Shown in pieces: positions 20,975-31,244 of a DNA stretch of 64,000 nucleotides. Both the position numbers and the translations under genes were made by a program. The number at the start of each line of letters is the position of its first letter. Position 1 is the stretch's first letter. The notes under the pieces were generated by a model. The model was not told the origin of the DNA, made no database searches, and saw nothing but the letters and a program-made list of their open reading frames with translations. The stretch comes from Gemmatimonadota bacterium (GTDB lineage Bacteria; Gemmatimonadota; Gemmatimonadetes; Gemmatimonadales; GWC2-71-9): positions 64,001-128,000 of the forward strand of contig JAZDCY010000011.1 of NCBI GenBank assembly GCA_036679645.1. Reading direction: 5' to 3'.

Positions 20975-21357
20975 GTGGGCCGGTATACGACGCGATACTG
21001 GGGCATCTCCCACACTTCGATCTCGACCACCTCGGCCGCCGGCGCTTTGTCTCCGAGCCGGCTGTCCATTCGGTCACAGACGATGCGCGCGAGGCGTTCC
21101 GCCGTCGGTAGAGAGCCCGCAAATGGAGGCAGGTCGTTCAGGTATTGGTGCTCGAAGTCGCTCACCGCGTCGCGGGCCCATTGTTCGAGCAGTCTGAAGT
21201 CGATGCCCATGCCGTTAGAGTCGAGCGCGTCCGGCGCAACGCGCACCGTGACCCGGAGCCGCCAGTTATGGCCGTGCATGCGCTCGCAGGCCTCCACACC
21301 CGGGAGCGTGTGAGCGGCCGAGAACGTCGTCTCGGCCGAGAGTAGATAATGGCCCAC
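20971..21357 (-). CDS. queD: 6-carboxytetrahydropterin synthase
   Basis: FSAAH, CERMHGHNW, PTAE. Confidence 0.9.
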   Translation of the reverse strand: MGHYLLSAETTFSAAHTLPGVEACERMHGHNWRLRVTVRVAPDALDSNGMGIDFRLLEQWARDAVSDFEHQYLNDLPPFAGSLPTAERLARIVCDRMDSRLGDKAPAAEVVEIEVWEMPQYRVVYRPT

Positions 21358-22742
21358 TACCGAATGCCCTGAATGTGGTGCAACACGTCGTAGCGCGTGA
21401 CGATTCCGGCGATCTCGCCGTCGCTGCGGACCAGAACCGCGGGGGTTTCCCGGGACAGGAGCGCGCTGAACCGTTCGAGTGGCAGCTTTGAATCGATCAC
21501 TGGATAAGGGGACTCCATGATCTCCCGGACGGGCTGCTCGAGCAGTGTCGGCTCCGCAATAGCCCGCGCCATGAGTGCCGACTCCGTGACGGCCCCAACG
21601 CAGTCACCGGATTCGACCACGGGAAGTTGCGATACGTTGTAGGTGCCCATCAGGTTGAGGGCCTGACGAATGGTGTTCGTCTCACCCACCGTCACGAGCG
21701 GAGGCGCGCCGTTGGTCTTCGATTCGAGCAGCGTGGTTGCCGTGACCCGCTCCTCCTCGAGCAGTTGATGTTCCCGCATCCAGTCTTCATTGAAGAGCTT
21801 CGAGAGATACCGCTCGCCCGTATCGCACAGGAGCGCCACGACACACGCGTCGGGATCGTCGGCTTCCCGGGCGATGTCCAGTGCGACGACCACGTTGAGA
21901 CCCGTCGATCCCCCGACGAACAGCCCTTCTTCACGGACGAGACGACGTGCCATCTGAAAGGCCGCGGCGTCACTCACCGTCCGGAACTCGTCCACGAAGT
22001 CGAAATGCAGGGTGTCGGGCAGCTTGTCGCCACCGATACCCTCGACCTTGTAGGGGTGACCCTCGATTTTGGTGCGACTGCGTCCATACTCCCCGTAGAT
22101 CGAGCCGTCGGGGTCGCCGGCGATGATCCGTACGTTCGCGTTCTTTTCCTTGAGATAGCGCCCGGCCCCACTCACGGTGCCTCCGGTGCCGGCAGACGCG
22201 ATGAAATGGGTGATGCGCCCTTCGGTCTGTTCCCACAACTCCGGTCCGGTGGTGCGGTAGTGCGCGTCGGGGTTGACCTGATTGTAGAACTGGTTGGCGA
22301 GGATCGCGTTGGGGGTGTCCTTCACGATTGCCTTCGCCTTCATCACGTAGTTGTCCGGATGGTCGGGTGGGACGGCCGTGGGTGTGATGATCACTTCGGC
22401 GCCGAACGCGCGCAGCAGTAGCACCTTCTCGTTCGACATCTTGTCCGGCATCGTGAAGATGCAGCGATAGCCCTTGAGGGCCGCCGCCAGGGCCAGGCCC
22501 ACGCCGGTGTTGCCCGACGTCCCCTCGACGACCACGCCTCCCGGCACCAACTCGCCGCTATGTTCCGCGGCCTCGATGATCGCGATACCGATCCGGTCCT
22601 TCACCGAGCCGCCGGGGTTGAAGAACTCCGCCTTGCCGTACACCGGTGTGCGAATCCCATCGGTGACGCTGTTCAGCCGGATCAGGGGTGTCCACCCGAT
22701 CGTTTCGAGAACGTTGTTGTAGGGTCGTGTATGGGGAGCCAT
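21357..22742 (-). CDS. cbs: Cystathionine beta-synthase (PLP domain + CBS pair)
   Basis: NPGGSVKDR, TSGNTG, GTGGT; C-terminal CBS domains. Confidence 0.93.
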   Translation of the reverse strand: MAPHTRPYNNVLETIGWTPLIRLNSVTDGIRTPVYGKAEFFNPGGSVKDRIGIAIIEAAEHSGELVPGGVVVEGTSGNTGVGLALAAALKGYRCIFTMPDKMSNEKVLLLRAFGAEVIITPTAVPPDHPDNYVMKAKAIVKDTPNAILANQFYNQVNPDAHYRTTGPELWEQTEGRITHFIASAGTGGTVSGAGRYLKEKNANVRIIAGDPDGSIYGEYGRSRTKIEGHPYKVEGIGGDKLPDTLHFDFVDEFRTVSDAAAFQMARRLVREEGLFVGGSTGLNVVVALDIAREADDPDACVVALLCDTGERYLSKLFNEDWMREHQLLEEERVTATTLLESKTNGAPPLVTVGETNTIRQALNLMGTYNVSQLPVVESGDCVGAVTESALMARAIAEPTLLEQPVREIMESPYPVIDSKLPLERFSALLSRETPAVLVRSDGEIAGIVTRYDVLHHIQGIR

Positions 22743-23155
22743 CAGGCCCCACCTCCGAGGTCGGTGCTTTCAGGGTGTTGGAAGTGCACTGGCTGGAGAA
22801 ACGCCGTAGCGACCGGAATCCCGTTCCGGCGCGCCGGCGCGAAGTGCATCTCAGCTACCGCCGCGAGCGCCGCCGAGTCGAACTCTCGGTGCCCGCTTCC
22901 CTCGGCTATTCGTGTTGAGTCTGGGACGATGGCGCCGGTCTCATCGACGAAGAGCCGCAGCACCACGGTGCCCTCGATCTGCTGCTCGTAGAGCGTCGGC
23001 GGGTAGCGCACGGGCGGCTCGGGGTTAGTGGCCACGGGCGGCTCGAATTCCGGCGTCCCTCCTCCGTCGTCGACGCCGTTGTCCGAAAGCGCGGGTTGAC
23101 TCGCACAGGCGACAAGCCACATGCAGAACACGAGGAATCGTCTACCCGAGCTCAT
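22742..23155 (-). CDS. TonB C-terminal domain lipoprotein
   Basis: YPP..QQIEGTVVLRLFVDETG, FDSAALAAV..F.PA. Confidence 0.85.
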   Translation of the reverse strand: MSSGRRFLVFCMWLVACASQPALSDNGVDDGGGTPEFEPPVATNPEPPVRYPPTLYEQQIEGTVVLRLFVDETGAIVPDSTRIAEGSGHREFDSAALAAVAEMHFAPARRNGIPVATAFLQPVHFQHPESTDLGGGA

Positions 23156-25743
23156 GGCTCAGCGCGCTTCTTGAGGTCCGCCAGGCGCGCCAGCGCTTCG
23201 AGCGGAGTCATCGTGTCCGGGTCCAAGGTGCGGAGCTCGGAGAGCACCGGGTGGTCTCGAGAGAAGAGCGGGAGTTGGCTCGCGTCGGGCGGGGGCGGCG
23301 GTACGACGCCCGTAACATGATGACCTGCTTCGAGCGCGGTGAGGATCTCCCCCGCTCGACGGACGACCGCTGTGGGAAGTCCGGCGAGGCGGCCGACGTG
23401 AATGCCGTAGGAACGATCTGCACCGCCCGGCTCGAGACGGTAGCGGAAGACGATCGTGTCGCCCGTTTCCTGGACGGCCACATTGAAGTTCCGCGCGTGC
23501 TGCAGCTCTTCGGTCAGCTGCGTCAGTTCGTGGTAATGCGTCGCAAACAGCGTCTTGCACCCGACCACATCGTGCAGGTGCTCAGTTACCGCCCACGCAA
23601 TTGCCACTCCGTCGTACGTAGACGTGCCGCGCCCGATCTCGTCGAGCAGCACGAGACTCGCCGCCGTTGCAGCGTGGAGGATGGCGCTGGTCTCGCTCAT
23701 CTCCACCATGAACGTCGATTGTCCGCGACCCAGGTTGTCACTGGCACCGACGCGGGTGAAGACGCGGTCCACCACGCCCATGGTGGCCCGCGCACACGGC
23801 ACGAACGACCCAGCTTGCGCCAGCACCACATTGAGACCGATCTGTCGGAGTACCGTCGACTTCCCGGCCATGTTCGGGCCGGTGAGCACCACCACCCGGC
23901 CCGCGGCGTCGAGACGGATGTCGTTGGGAATGAACTTGCCCTGGGGCAGCACGTGCTCGACGACCGGGTGACGTGATTCCACCAGGTCCAACGCAAAAGC
24001 ATCCGTCATCTCGGGGCGGACATATCCGTTGGCAACCGCCGTTTCGGCCAGCGCGGCGAACACGTCGGCCTGTGAGATCTGGTGCGCGGTGGTCTGGAGC
24101 CGCCCGATGCGCTCGCCCACCGCGGTGCACAGGGCGGCGATCAGTTCTCGCTCACGGTGCAGTATCTGCTCTTCGGCCCCCAGCACCCTGGCTTCGTACT
24201 CCTTGAGTTCCGGCGTCACGTACCGCTCGGCGCCGGTCAGCGTCTGGCGCCGCTCGTAGTGCGCCGGCACAGCATCCTTGTGCGTCTTTGTCACCTCGAG
24301 GTAGTACCCGAAGACGCGGTTGTATCCGACTTTGAGGTTCGCAATGCCCGTTGCTTCGCGCTCCCGGCCCTGCAGGGCGGCGATGAACTGCTTCCCTCCG
24401 TCTCGCAGGTCGCGCTGCGCGTCGAGCGCCTCGTCGGTACCGGGGCGAATCGTGTTGCCGTCGCCCAGCGTCGCGGGCGGACGATCGACGAGCGCTCCAA
24501 CGAGCTTGCCTGTCAGGTCAGTGAGCAGATCGAGTTGCTCTGCGACGCGCTCGAGTGCGGCGCTCCGCTCCCGCGCGGCGAGACCGTCCAGCGCGCCGCG
24601 GATGTCGGGCAAACGCTCCAGTGAATGCCGCAGGGCGCCGAGGTCCCGTGGCGTGGCGCGTCCGGTGGCCGCGCGCCCGGCAAGGCGTTCCAGATCGCGG
24701 ACCTCGTCGAGCGCATCGCGCAGCCGCTCACGGCCCCGCGCATCGGTGTGAAGCACCTCGACGGCATCGAGGCGCGCCCGGATCGCCTGCGTGGTTCGGA
24801 GCGGTGCCAGCAGCCACTGACGTAGCAAGCGGGCACCCATCGGCGTCACCGTCCGGTCGATGACCGAGAGGAGCGTTGGCGCGCTCCCGCCGGGCCGTAG
24901 TGGCTCTGCCAGTTCGAGATTGCGCCGCGTCATCTCGTCGAGCGGCATCGTGCTGCCGAGACGACGAATGTACGGTCGCGCCAAGTGCGGAAGGCCCTGG
25001 GGCTGCAGAGTGCGAACGTAGGTCAGTAATGCAGCGGCCGCGGCGAGTGCCGGCCGGTCGTCGTCGGTCACCCCAAGACCGTCGAGCGACGCGAGATCGA
25101 ACCGACGCTGAATCTCTTCCCCTCCCGCCACGGGATCGAATTCCCATGACTCGCGCCGGGTTATCAGGACGCTTTCGGGAATGCCGACCGGCTCGTCGTC
25201 CGTCGTGAGCACGATCTCGCGAGGCTCGAGCCGCGCGAGGGCCGCCTCGAGGTCGCGTGGCTCGACACATTCCAGCACGAACTCGCCGGTCGAGACGTCA
25301 ATTGCTGCGAGACCACGTGGCTCGCCGGGTGCCACGGCGGCGAGGAAGTTGTTGCGTACGCCCTCCAGCAGATCATCAGTGAGGACGGCGCCAGGTGTTA
25401 CCGTCTCGATCACCTGCCGCTTGACGACTCCCTTGGCCAGTTTTGGATCCTCGATCTGCTCGCAGATCGCCACGCGAAAACCCTTTTGCACGAGTCGGCG
25501 CACGTATTCCGACGCCGCCTTTACCGGCACGCCCGCGAGCGGGATGTTTGCCGCGCCGCCATTGTTCCGCGAGGTCAGGGTGAGTCCCAACTCGCGGGCC
25601 GCGACCTGGGCGTCGTCGAGGAACATCTCGTAGAAATCGCCCATGCGAAAAAAAAGAATCGCATCTGTGTGCTGCGCCTTGATGTCCCGGTACTGCTGCA
25701 TGAGCGGCGTGTCCTGGCCGCGTGTCGGGGTGCGGCGGCTCAC
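23152..25743 (-). CDS. mutS: DNA mismatch repair protein MutS
   Basis: TPLMQQY, FRMGDFYEMF, TGPNMAGKS, DEIGRGTST, ATHYHEL. Confidence 0.99.
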   Translation of the reverse strand: MSRRTPTRGQDTPLMQQYRDIKAQHTDAILFFRMGDFYEMFLDDAQVAARELGLTLTSRNNGGAANIPLAGVPVKAASEYVRRLVQKGFRVAICEQIEDPKLAKGVVKRQVIETVTPGAVLTDDLLEGVRNNFLAAVAPGEPRGLAAIDVSTGEFVLECVEPRDLEAALARLEPREIVLTTDDEPVGIPESVLITRRESWEFDPVAGGEEIQRRFDLASLDGLGVTDDDRPALAAAAALLTYVRTLQPQGLPHLARPYIRRLGSTMPLDEMTRRNLELAEPLRPGGSAPTLLSVIDRTVTPMGARLLRQWLLAPLRTTQAIRARLDAVEVLHTDARGRERLRDALDEVRDLERLAGRAATGRATPRDLGALRHSLERLPDIRGALDGLAARERSAALERVAEQLDLLTDLTGKLVGALVDRPPATLGDGNTIRPGTDEALDAQRDLRDGGKQFIAALQGREREATGIANLKVGYNRVFGYYLEVTKTHKDAVPAHYERRQTLTGAERYVTPELKEYEARVLGAEEQILHRERELIAALCTAVGERIGRLQTTAHQISQADVFAALAETAVANGYVRPEMTDAFALDLVESRHPVVEHVLPQGKFIPNDIRLDAAGRVVVLTGPNMAGKSTVLRQIGLNVVLAQAGSFVPCARATMGVVDRVFTRVGASDNLGRGQSTFMVEMSETSAILHAATAASLVLLDEIGRGTSTYDGVAIAWAVTEHLHDVVGCKTLFATHYHELTQLTEELQHARNFNVAVQETGDTIVFRYRLEPGGADRSYGIHVGRLAGLPTAVVRRAGEILTALEAGHHVTGVVPPPPPDASQLPLFSRDHPVLSELRTLDPDTMTPLEALARLADLKKRAEP

Positions 25744-26561
25744 CGCTCCTCCACGACGAACGGCGATCCACCGATCGCCCGGCGGATTCCGGCGAGCACC
25801 TGTTGGGCGCGCGCGCGTTCGGCGTAGCGGCCGACACGTACCTTGAACAACCCGTCCGCCTCGCGCACCACGTGCGGGGTGAAACCCGCCCGGCGCAGGG
25901 CCTGCATTACTTCGTCTGCCGCCGCCGCGGTCGCCACCGCCGCCACCTGTACCGCGTACGCGATCGCACCCGCAGGCGCCGCCGAGTCAGCGGCGGTAGT
26001 GGAGTCTCCGGCTTCAACCGACGTGCATCGCTGGAGGTAGAAGCGCGCCCGGTTCGCGAGTTCTACATCCTCGCCGGCCTCGTCCACGGCGAGGCGGAGG
26101 TAGCCGCATGCGCTCGGGAGGTCGCCCAACTCTATGCGCACGCGCGCCGTCCAGAATGCCGCTGCCGCCCGCACCGGACTGAACGGGTAATCGAGCAACA
26201 CACGCTCGGCGGAGCGACCCGCCGTTGCGTAGTCGCCGGCGGCAAACCGAAGCTGTGCGACGCGTAGTAGCGCCTGATCAGCCCAGGCCGACTGCGAGTA
26301 CTCGATAGCCACTCGTCTGAACGTCGCGACGGCTTCGTCGGCGTCCGCCGCGACGAGCCCGGCGACGAAGAGGGCCTGCGGGTAGAGGGAATCGAGCGGG
26401 CTCAGTTCACCGAGCCGGAAACGCGCCAGCACGCGCGCGGAATCGCCCTGGCCCTCGGTCGCCAACCGCAGCGCCTGGACCAAAGCCGAATCGGTCGGCC
26501 CCTGGGCACGAGCAGGCTGCGCCACCACGCCGAGCAGGACGGCGATGAGCACAGCTCTCAT
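25740..26561 (-). CDS. TPR + SPOR domain protein
   Basis: Signal peptide, TPR-like helices, C-terminal YAVQVAA...FKVRVGRY. Confidence 0.85.
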   Translation of the reverse strand: MRAVLIAVLLGVVAQPARAQGPTDSALVQALRLATEGQGDSARVLARFRLGELSPLDSLYPQALFVAGLVAADADEAVATFRRVAIEYSQSAWADQALLRVAQLRFAAGDYATAGRSAERVLLDYPFSPVRAAAAFWTARVRIELGDLPSACGYLRLAVDEAGEDVELANRARFYLQRCTSVEAGDSTTAADSAAPAGAIAYAVQVAAVATAAAADEVMQALRRAGFTPHVVREADGLFKVRVGRYAERARAQQVLAGIRRAIGGSPFVVEER

Positions 26562-27604
26562 GCCGCGATGCTCGGTGCGACACGGAGCATCAGCGCCTTG
26601 AGCACGCCGGCCGCGTTCGTAATGGATGTGGTCTTCAACTGCCGATCTGCCTCATACGTCTCGGCAATGAAGTGATCGAGTTCCGCGCCCGACCAGCACT
26701 GCGCCGCCGCCGCCCAGCATGCCGCCTCGACACCCCACTTCCGCAGCTTCGCGGGACGTGCCGCCTTGATACTCTGGAACACAGCGCCCTCGACACGGGC
26801 GGGACTGGTTCCCTCATCCAGCAGTGCACGGGCCAGACGCGTGCCGATCAGGGACGTTCCCAGCAGCATGACCAACTGCACGGGTGTGTCTGCCGAGTGC
26901 ACCAACACGACATCCACGAGTTGGGATGCACGAGCGACGTCGCGTTGCAGGACGGCATCCACCCAATCGTGCGCGGTCTCACCGCGCCGAATTCCAACTA
27001 GTGCCGCTACGTCCGCGACCGTTACCGATCCGTCGGTCGTGGCGGCGGCCAACTTGTCGAGCTCCCGGGCGAGTAGTGCCAGCTTGCCACCCACCGCTGT
27101 CGCGAGGTGATCGACCGCCTCGGGCTCGATAGAGAGTCCGCGGTCAGCGGCACGGGTCGCCACCCAGCGGCGTACCAGCTCCGGTTTCAGCTCGTTGAGC
27201 GCGACGTGCGTGGTGTGGGCAACCAGATCGCGATCCGGCGGCTGCTCGCCGCCGTGGGTCAGTACCAGCACCGTTGATGGCGACGGGTGCTCGAGGTACG
27301 GGCGCAGCACCTTCCAGGCTTTCGCGTTCTTGCGCCACTGCTCCAGTCCGCGAATGACCACGACGCGGCGATCGGCGAGCATCGGAGGTGTCTCGATGAG
27401 CGTGTGCACCGCTTCGCCGTCGAGGTCGCCCGCCGCGCGCACGTCGACATTGAAGTCGCGGCTGGCGGGATCGACCGTCCCGTCGATCAGCGCCTTGATC
27501 AACTCGTCCTTGAGGATGTCTTCCGGGCCGGTGAGGTAGTACGCCGGCTCGATGCGGCCGCGCTTGAGCGCGCCGTAAACCCGCTCCAAAGTGATTCCCG
27601 CCAT
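26558..27604 (-). CDS. holA: DNA polymerase III delta subunit
   Basis: YYLTGPED, DFN, TPPMLADRRVVVI, ELDKL. Confidence 0.92.
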   Translation of the reverse strand: MAGITLERVYGALKRGRIEPAYYLTGPEDILKDELIKALIDGTVDPASRDFNVDVRAAGDLDGEAVHTLIETPPMLADRRVVVIRGLEQWRKNAKAWKVLRPYLEHPSPSTVLVLTHGGEQPPDRDLVAHTTHVALNELKPELVRRWVATRAADRGLSIEPEAVDHLATAVGGKLALLARELDKLAAATTDGSVTVADVAALVGIRRGETAHDWVDAVLQRDVARASQLVDVVLVHSADTPVQLVMLLGTSLIGTRLARALLDEGTSPARVEGAVFQSIKAARPAKLRKWGVEAACWAAAAQCWSGAELDHFIAETYEADRQLKTTSITNAAGVLKALMLRVAPSIAA

Positions 27605-27654
27605 GCTAGGCGGAAGTTACCGATGGCTGTGGAGCTATGAAAGGAGAGGAGGGC

Positions 27655-28149
27655 TCAGGGCGACAGGACGACGCGCACGTCGAGCGGTTCCTGCGAGCTG
27701 AGGAACTGGAGCGTCGATTGGGTAAAGGGCGATAGCGTGACGTCGATCTCCTCGAGGGGAGGCGGAAGTGTGTCGAATGCGATGGGCGCGAGCCGGACTG
27801 CCGGGGGAGCCTCTTCGGCCGCCGGAGTGTTGGCCTGGTATAGGAACAGTCCCAGCCCGGTCGCCAGCAGGAGCGCCGCCGCCAGACCGGCGCTCGTGGG
27901 AACAATGGGGTCGCCAATTGCCACCTCGGCCCGGAGACGCCGGCTCAGCCGGGAGCGGAACGTGGGTGACGGGGACACGTCACCGGACCTGAGGACGTCC
28001 AGTCCCAGCTCCAACGATTCGACGTGGTGGGCACATCGGTCGCACTTGTCCAAATGTTCGTGTACGTGCGCAACCGCCCACGGGTCGGTGAGCCGACCGT
28101 CGGCGTACTCAGAGTAGAGTTGGAGAAAGTCCTGGCAGTTTATCCGCAC
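27655..28149 (-). CDS. zf-HC2 anti-sigma factor
   Basis: HLDKCDRC (HxxxCxxC) plus one TM helix, downstream of the ECF sigma. Confidence 0.85.
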   Translation of the reverse strand: MRINCQDFLQLYSEYADGRLTDPWAVAHVHEHLDKCDRCAHHVESLELGLDVLRSGDVSPSPTFRSRLSRRLRAEVAIGDPIVPTSAGLAAALLLATGLGLFLYQANTPAAEEAPPAVRLAPIAFDTLPPPLEEIDVTLSPFTQSTLQFLSSQEPLDVRVVLSP

Positions 28150-28223
28150 GTTTTTTTCCGAAGCCGGCGAATGGTACCCCCGGTGGCGGGAAGGTTCCCA
28201 GCGTCTGAGCCCCTGTGCGTCTC

Positions 28224-28850
28224 TCAGTCCACGTGCGGCTCGATGATCTGGGCGAACCGGTGACGTGCGCGGTTCAACCGGCTCTTCACTGTGCCCAGGT
28301 TGCAGTCGGTGATCTCGGCGATCTCTTCGTAGGTCTTGCCCTCCAGCTCACGGAGCACGAAGACCATGCGGTGGTGCTCGGGAAGCTGCGAGACAGCCCA
28401 CTCGACCAACTCACGGAGATGCCGCTTCCGGAACAGGTCGTCCGGACGGTAGTGATGGTCCTCGAACTGGAGGGGGCGGTGGTCTGCCTCCCAGTTCTTC
28501 TTGATTGTCTGGAAGAGGACCAGCGGGTTCCGGCTCCGGTTTCGCAGTTCGTTCTTGGCCAGGTTGGAGGCGATCGTGTAGATCCAGGTGGAGAACTTCT
28601 TGGTCTGATCGAACCGGTGCAGATGCCGATGCACCCGGATGAACACCTCCTGGACCAGATCCTCGCCCCGCTCCCGGTCTCCGATGGTGCGGAAGACGAA
28701 GTTGAGCAGGCGCCTCTGATACCGCTCGACCAGTTGGTCGAACGAGCGCCGATCTCCCGCGAGATACGCGGCGACGACTTCCGAGTCCGTTGGCGTACGG
28801 ACCGGCGTTGCCTCGACGGTCCGTGACGTCGTGGTCGTAACAGTGCTCAT
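28224..28850 (-). CDS. ECF sigma-70 factor (RpoE-like)
   Basis: EDLVQEVF, FSTWIYTIA, YEEIAE..GTVKSRLNRAR. Confidence 0.95.
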   Translation of the reverse strand: MSTVTTTTSRTVEATPVRTPTDSEVVAAYLAGDRRSFDQLVERYQRRLLNFVFRTIGDRERGEDLVQEVFIRVHRHLHRFDQTKKFSTWIYTIASNLAKNELRNRSRNPLVLFQTIKKNWEADHRPLQFEDHHYRPDDLFRKRHLRELVEWAVSQLPEHHRMVFVLRELEGKTYEEIAEITDCNLGTVKSRLNRARHRFAQIIEPHVD

Positions 28851-28938
28851 TTTTGGCTCCCTGGACCCCCGAAGGGGTCGCGATGCGAACGAACAGGCTC
28901 CGTAATACCCACTCCCTGTTGGTCAGAGATCACATTGC

Positions 28939-28953
28939 GCAACATCTGTACCC
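28939..28953 (-). promoter_or_regulatory. Putative sigma54 -24/-12 promoter of the ECF sigma gene
   Basis: Minus strand GGTAC-AGATG-TTGC (GG-N10-GC); IHF-like AGTCAGTCTGTTA at 28993-29005. Confidence 0.55.
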
Positions 28954-29076
28954 TGCCAGGCCCCGGGTCGTTTTGGACCATAAATCGTTTCAAGTCAGTC
29001 TGTTAGCGACCTTTTCACGATAACACGGGTGAAACCCTAATTGTTCCCTCCCGTCCCCTTCTGGGGACACGACCTG

Positions 29077-29631
29077 TCACCATCCGAGTCGAAATCCTGC
29101 CGCGTAGAGCAGGCCGACCATCGACTTGGCATCCACGATCTCGCCGTCCCGAATCATCTTCATGATCTGGGACATCGGGAACGGCCGGACGTCGATCAGC
29201 TCATCGTGCTCCGGCCGGGCCTCTCCCATAGAGATGCCCCAGGCGAGGAAAAGGTGTATTCGCTCATCTGTGAACCCCGGGGTCGTGTAGATCGTCGTCA
29301 TATGCTCTACGTGTGATGCCACCCCTCCGGTTTCTTCCGCGAGCTCCCGCCGGGCGCAATCGACCGGATCCTCACCGGGCTCGAGCACGCCGGCGGGGAT
29401 CTCCCAGATCCTGCCGTCCGCGGCGTAGCGGAACTGATGGATCAGGAGCACCTGCGGGTCATCTCCCTTTGGGTCGGACAGGAGCGGGACCACCGCCGCC
29501 GCTCCGGCGTGCCGGATCATCTCCAGCTCCACCTCGATTCCATGCGGGAGCCGGACGGTATCCACGTCGAGCTTCACGATTTGTCCGTCATACGCGCGGC
29601 GGGTTGCCAGAACGGTCGCGTTGTCGGCCAA
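29077..29631 (-). CDS. NUDIX hydrolase (ADP-ribose pyrophosphatase-like)
   Basis: EIPAGVLEPGEDPVDCARRELAEETG Nudix box; TTG start after GGAGG. Confidence 0.92.
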   Translation of the reverse strand: MADNATVLATRRAYDGQIVKLDVDTVRLPHGIEVELEMIRHAGAAAVVPLLSDPKGDDPQVLLIHQFRYAADGRIWEIPAGVLEPGEDPVDCARRELAEETGGVASHVEHMTTIYTTPGFTDERIHLFLAWGISMGEARPEHDELIDVRPFPMSQIMKMIRDGEIVDAKSMVGLLYAAGFRLGW

Positions 29632-29651
29632 GGGGTCCTCCGAGAGGTGTG

Positions 29652-29819
29652 CTATGTCTGTCGCGAGAAGACCAGCAATACCTTGGTGGGTTCCAGCGCC
29701 ACCGACGAATGGAGATGCCACCCGGTGCGCTCGCGCTCGTTGAGCAGATCGGTCAGCGCATCTTCGTCCTCCCGGCTCGCCCCGGTCAGCTTGGTGATGA
29801 CGACCTGGTATTGATGCAT
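29652..29819 (-). CDS. Small hypothetical protein (55 aa, DUF4177-like)
   Basis: MHQYQVVITK...LTDLLNERERTGWHL...LLVFSRQT; GGAG RBS; fills the gap between upp and the NUDIX gene; absent from the ORF track. Confidence 0.65.
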   Translation of the reverse strand: MHQYQVVITKLTGASREDEDALTDLLNERERTGWHLHSSVALEPTKVLLVFSRQT

Positions 29820-29828
29820 GGTCTCCGC

Positions 29829-30476
29829 TCAGAGTGTTCCGAACAACCGGTCGCCGGCGTCGCCCAATCCCGGGAGGATGTATCCCTTGTCGTTGAGTTC
29901 CCGGTCGAGGGCCGCGGCAAAGATGTGCACGTCGGGGTGCGCTTGCGCCATCCGCTCGACGCCTTCCGGTGCGGCGACGAGACAGAGAAAACGAACCCGG
30001 TTGGCACCCGCCGCCTTGAGGGCGGTTGCCGCCTGCACGGCGGAGCCTCCGGTCGCGAGCATCGGGTCGAGCACGAAGAACACGCGGTCTTCTTCGCTCC
30101 CCGGAATCTTGAAGTAGTAGTCGACCGGCTCGAGCGTGTCGTGGTCCCGGTAGAGGCCGATGTGTCCGACACGTGAGTTCGGGATGAGTTGCGTGATCCC
30201 ATCGACCATCCCGAGTCCCGCGCGCAGGATCGGCACCAGGGCGAGTTTCTTCCCGGCGACCTGTTTGCCGACCGTCATCTCGAGCGGGGTCTCGACCGAG
30301 ACATCCTCCAGGACGAGGTCCTTTGTGGCCTCGTAGGCCATGAGCATCGCGATCTCGTTGACGAGCGCCTTGAAGTCCCGCGTGGCGGTCGTCTTGTCCC
30401 GCAGCAGCGTCACCTTGTGCTGCACCAGCGGGTGATCGACGACGGTGAGGTTCCAGTGCGGCCCTTCGGATGTCAC
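29829..30476 (-). CDS. upp: Uracil phosphoribosyltransferase
   Basis: [38 protein letters not shown] start overlaps the upstream stop. Confidence 0.98.
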   Translation of the reverse strand: MTSEGPHWNLTVVDHPLVQHKVTLLRDKTTATRDFKALVNEIAMLMAYEATKDLVLEDVSVETPLEMTVGKQVAGKKLALVPILRAGLGMVDGITQLIPNSRVGHIGLYRDHDTLEPVDYYFKIPGSEEDRVFFVLDPMLATGGSAVQAATALKAAGANRVRFLCLVAAPEGVERMAQAHPDVHIFAAALDRELNDKGYILPGLGDAGDRLFGTL

Positions 30477-31153
30477 CGACCCATTCCCGGCATCTCCTGC
30501 GGTGTCTCGGTTATCGAGGACGTGGCGTCGGTCCCGTGCCCGGCCAGCACGATCTCGCTGCCCTCGGCGCCGGTCATGACGACCTTGACCATGCCGAACG
30601 GGACATCGGGGCTCACCCACACGTCGGTCTGCGTACCGCCCTCGGCGGCGGGCCGGACGTGCAGGGCCCGGAACGTCCCGGCGGGTACCGTGACCTCTTC
30701 CCACCCGACGACCTCACCTTCGCCGCATCGCATTGCGGCATTCATCGAAGGATTCTCGGGCATCTGGCTACGCATCATCTGCATCATCTGTTCGGACATC
30801 CGCATGGCCGGTTGGCCGGCCATCTTCATCACCATCGCCTGGACGTCGCCGGTCGTGAACGGCCATGTGGGCACCAGCATCTGGACGACGGCCTCCCCCA
30901 TTGGCGTTTCCATCTTGGTTTCCATCCACCAGTGCTCGGCGCCGTTCACCGCTTCGGCGTTGACGATTGCCTGGCGAATGGATGTGGTGCCGCCCTGCAT
31001 CTGTCCCTGCACTCCGGCGCCGGAGATCTGGTATTCCGCCCAATAGCCGATGGCGACATCGGCCATCGCATTGCACACCTCCTGTGCACTCTGCGCTGGC
31101 AGGGCGCGCGCGACGGAAACGAGCAGCAACGTGGCCACGGTGGTGCGCAGCAT
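30473..31153 (-). CDS. Secreted Met-rich hypothetical protein
   Basis: Signal peptide; [12 protein letters not shown] and [12 protein letters not shown] motifs. Confidence 0.75.
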   Translation of the reverse strand: MLRTTVATLLLVSVARALPAQSAQEVCNAMADVAIGYWAEYQISGAGVQGQMQGGTTSIRQAIVNAEAVNGAEHWWMETKMETPMGEAVVQMLVPTWPFTTGDVQAMVMKMAGQPAMRMSEQMMQMMRSQMPENPSMNAAMRCGEGEVVGWEEVTVPAGTFRALHVRPAAEGGTQTDVWVSPDVPFGMVKVVMTGAEGSEIVLAGHGTDATSSITETPQEMPGMGR

Positions 31154-31244
31154 GAGTCCAGCTCCTGTGGAAGTCATGGGGTGAGTGAGCGAAAGGTGGC
31201 ATGCCGGCGTAACCGGCAAAAGGGGGTGGCCTCTGGCCGCGCGA

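Noticed and set aside
25648..25655. A8 tract in mutS as a phase-variation site
   Set aside because: In frame and encodes the conserved ILFFR motif.
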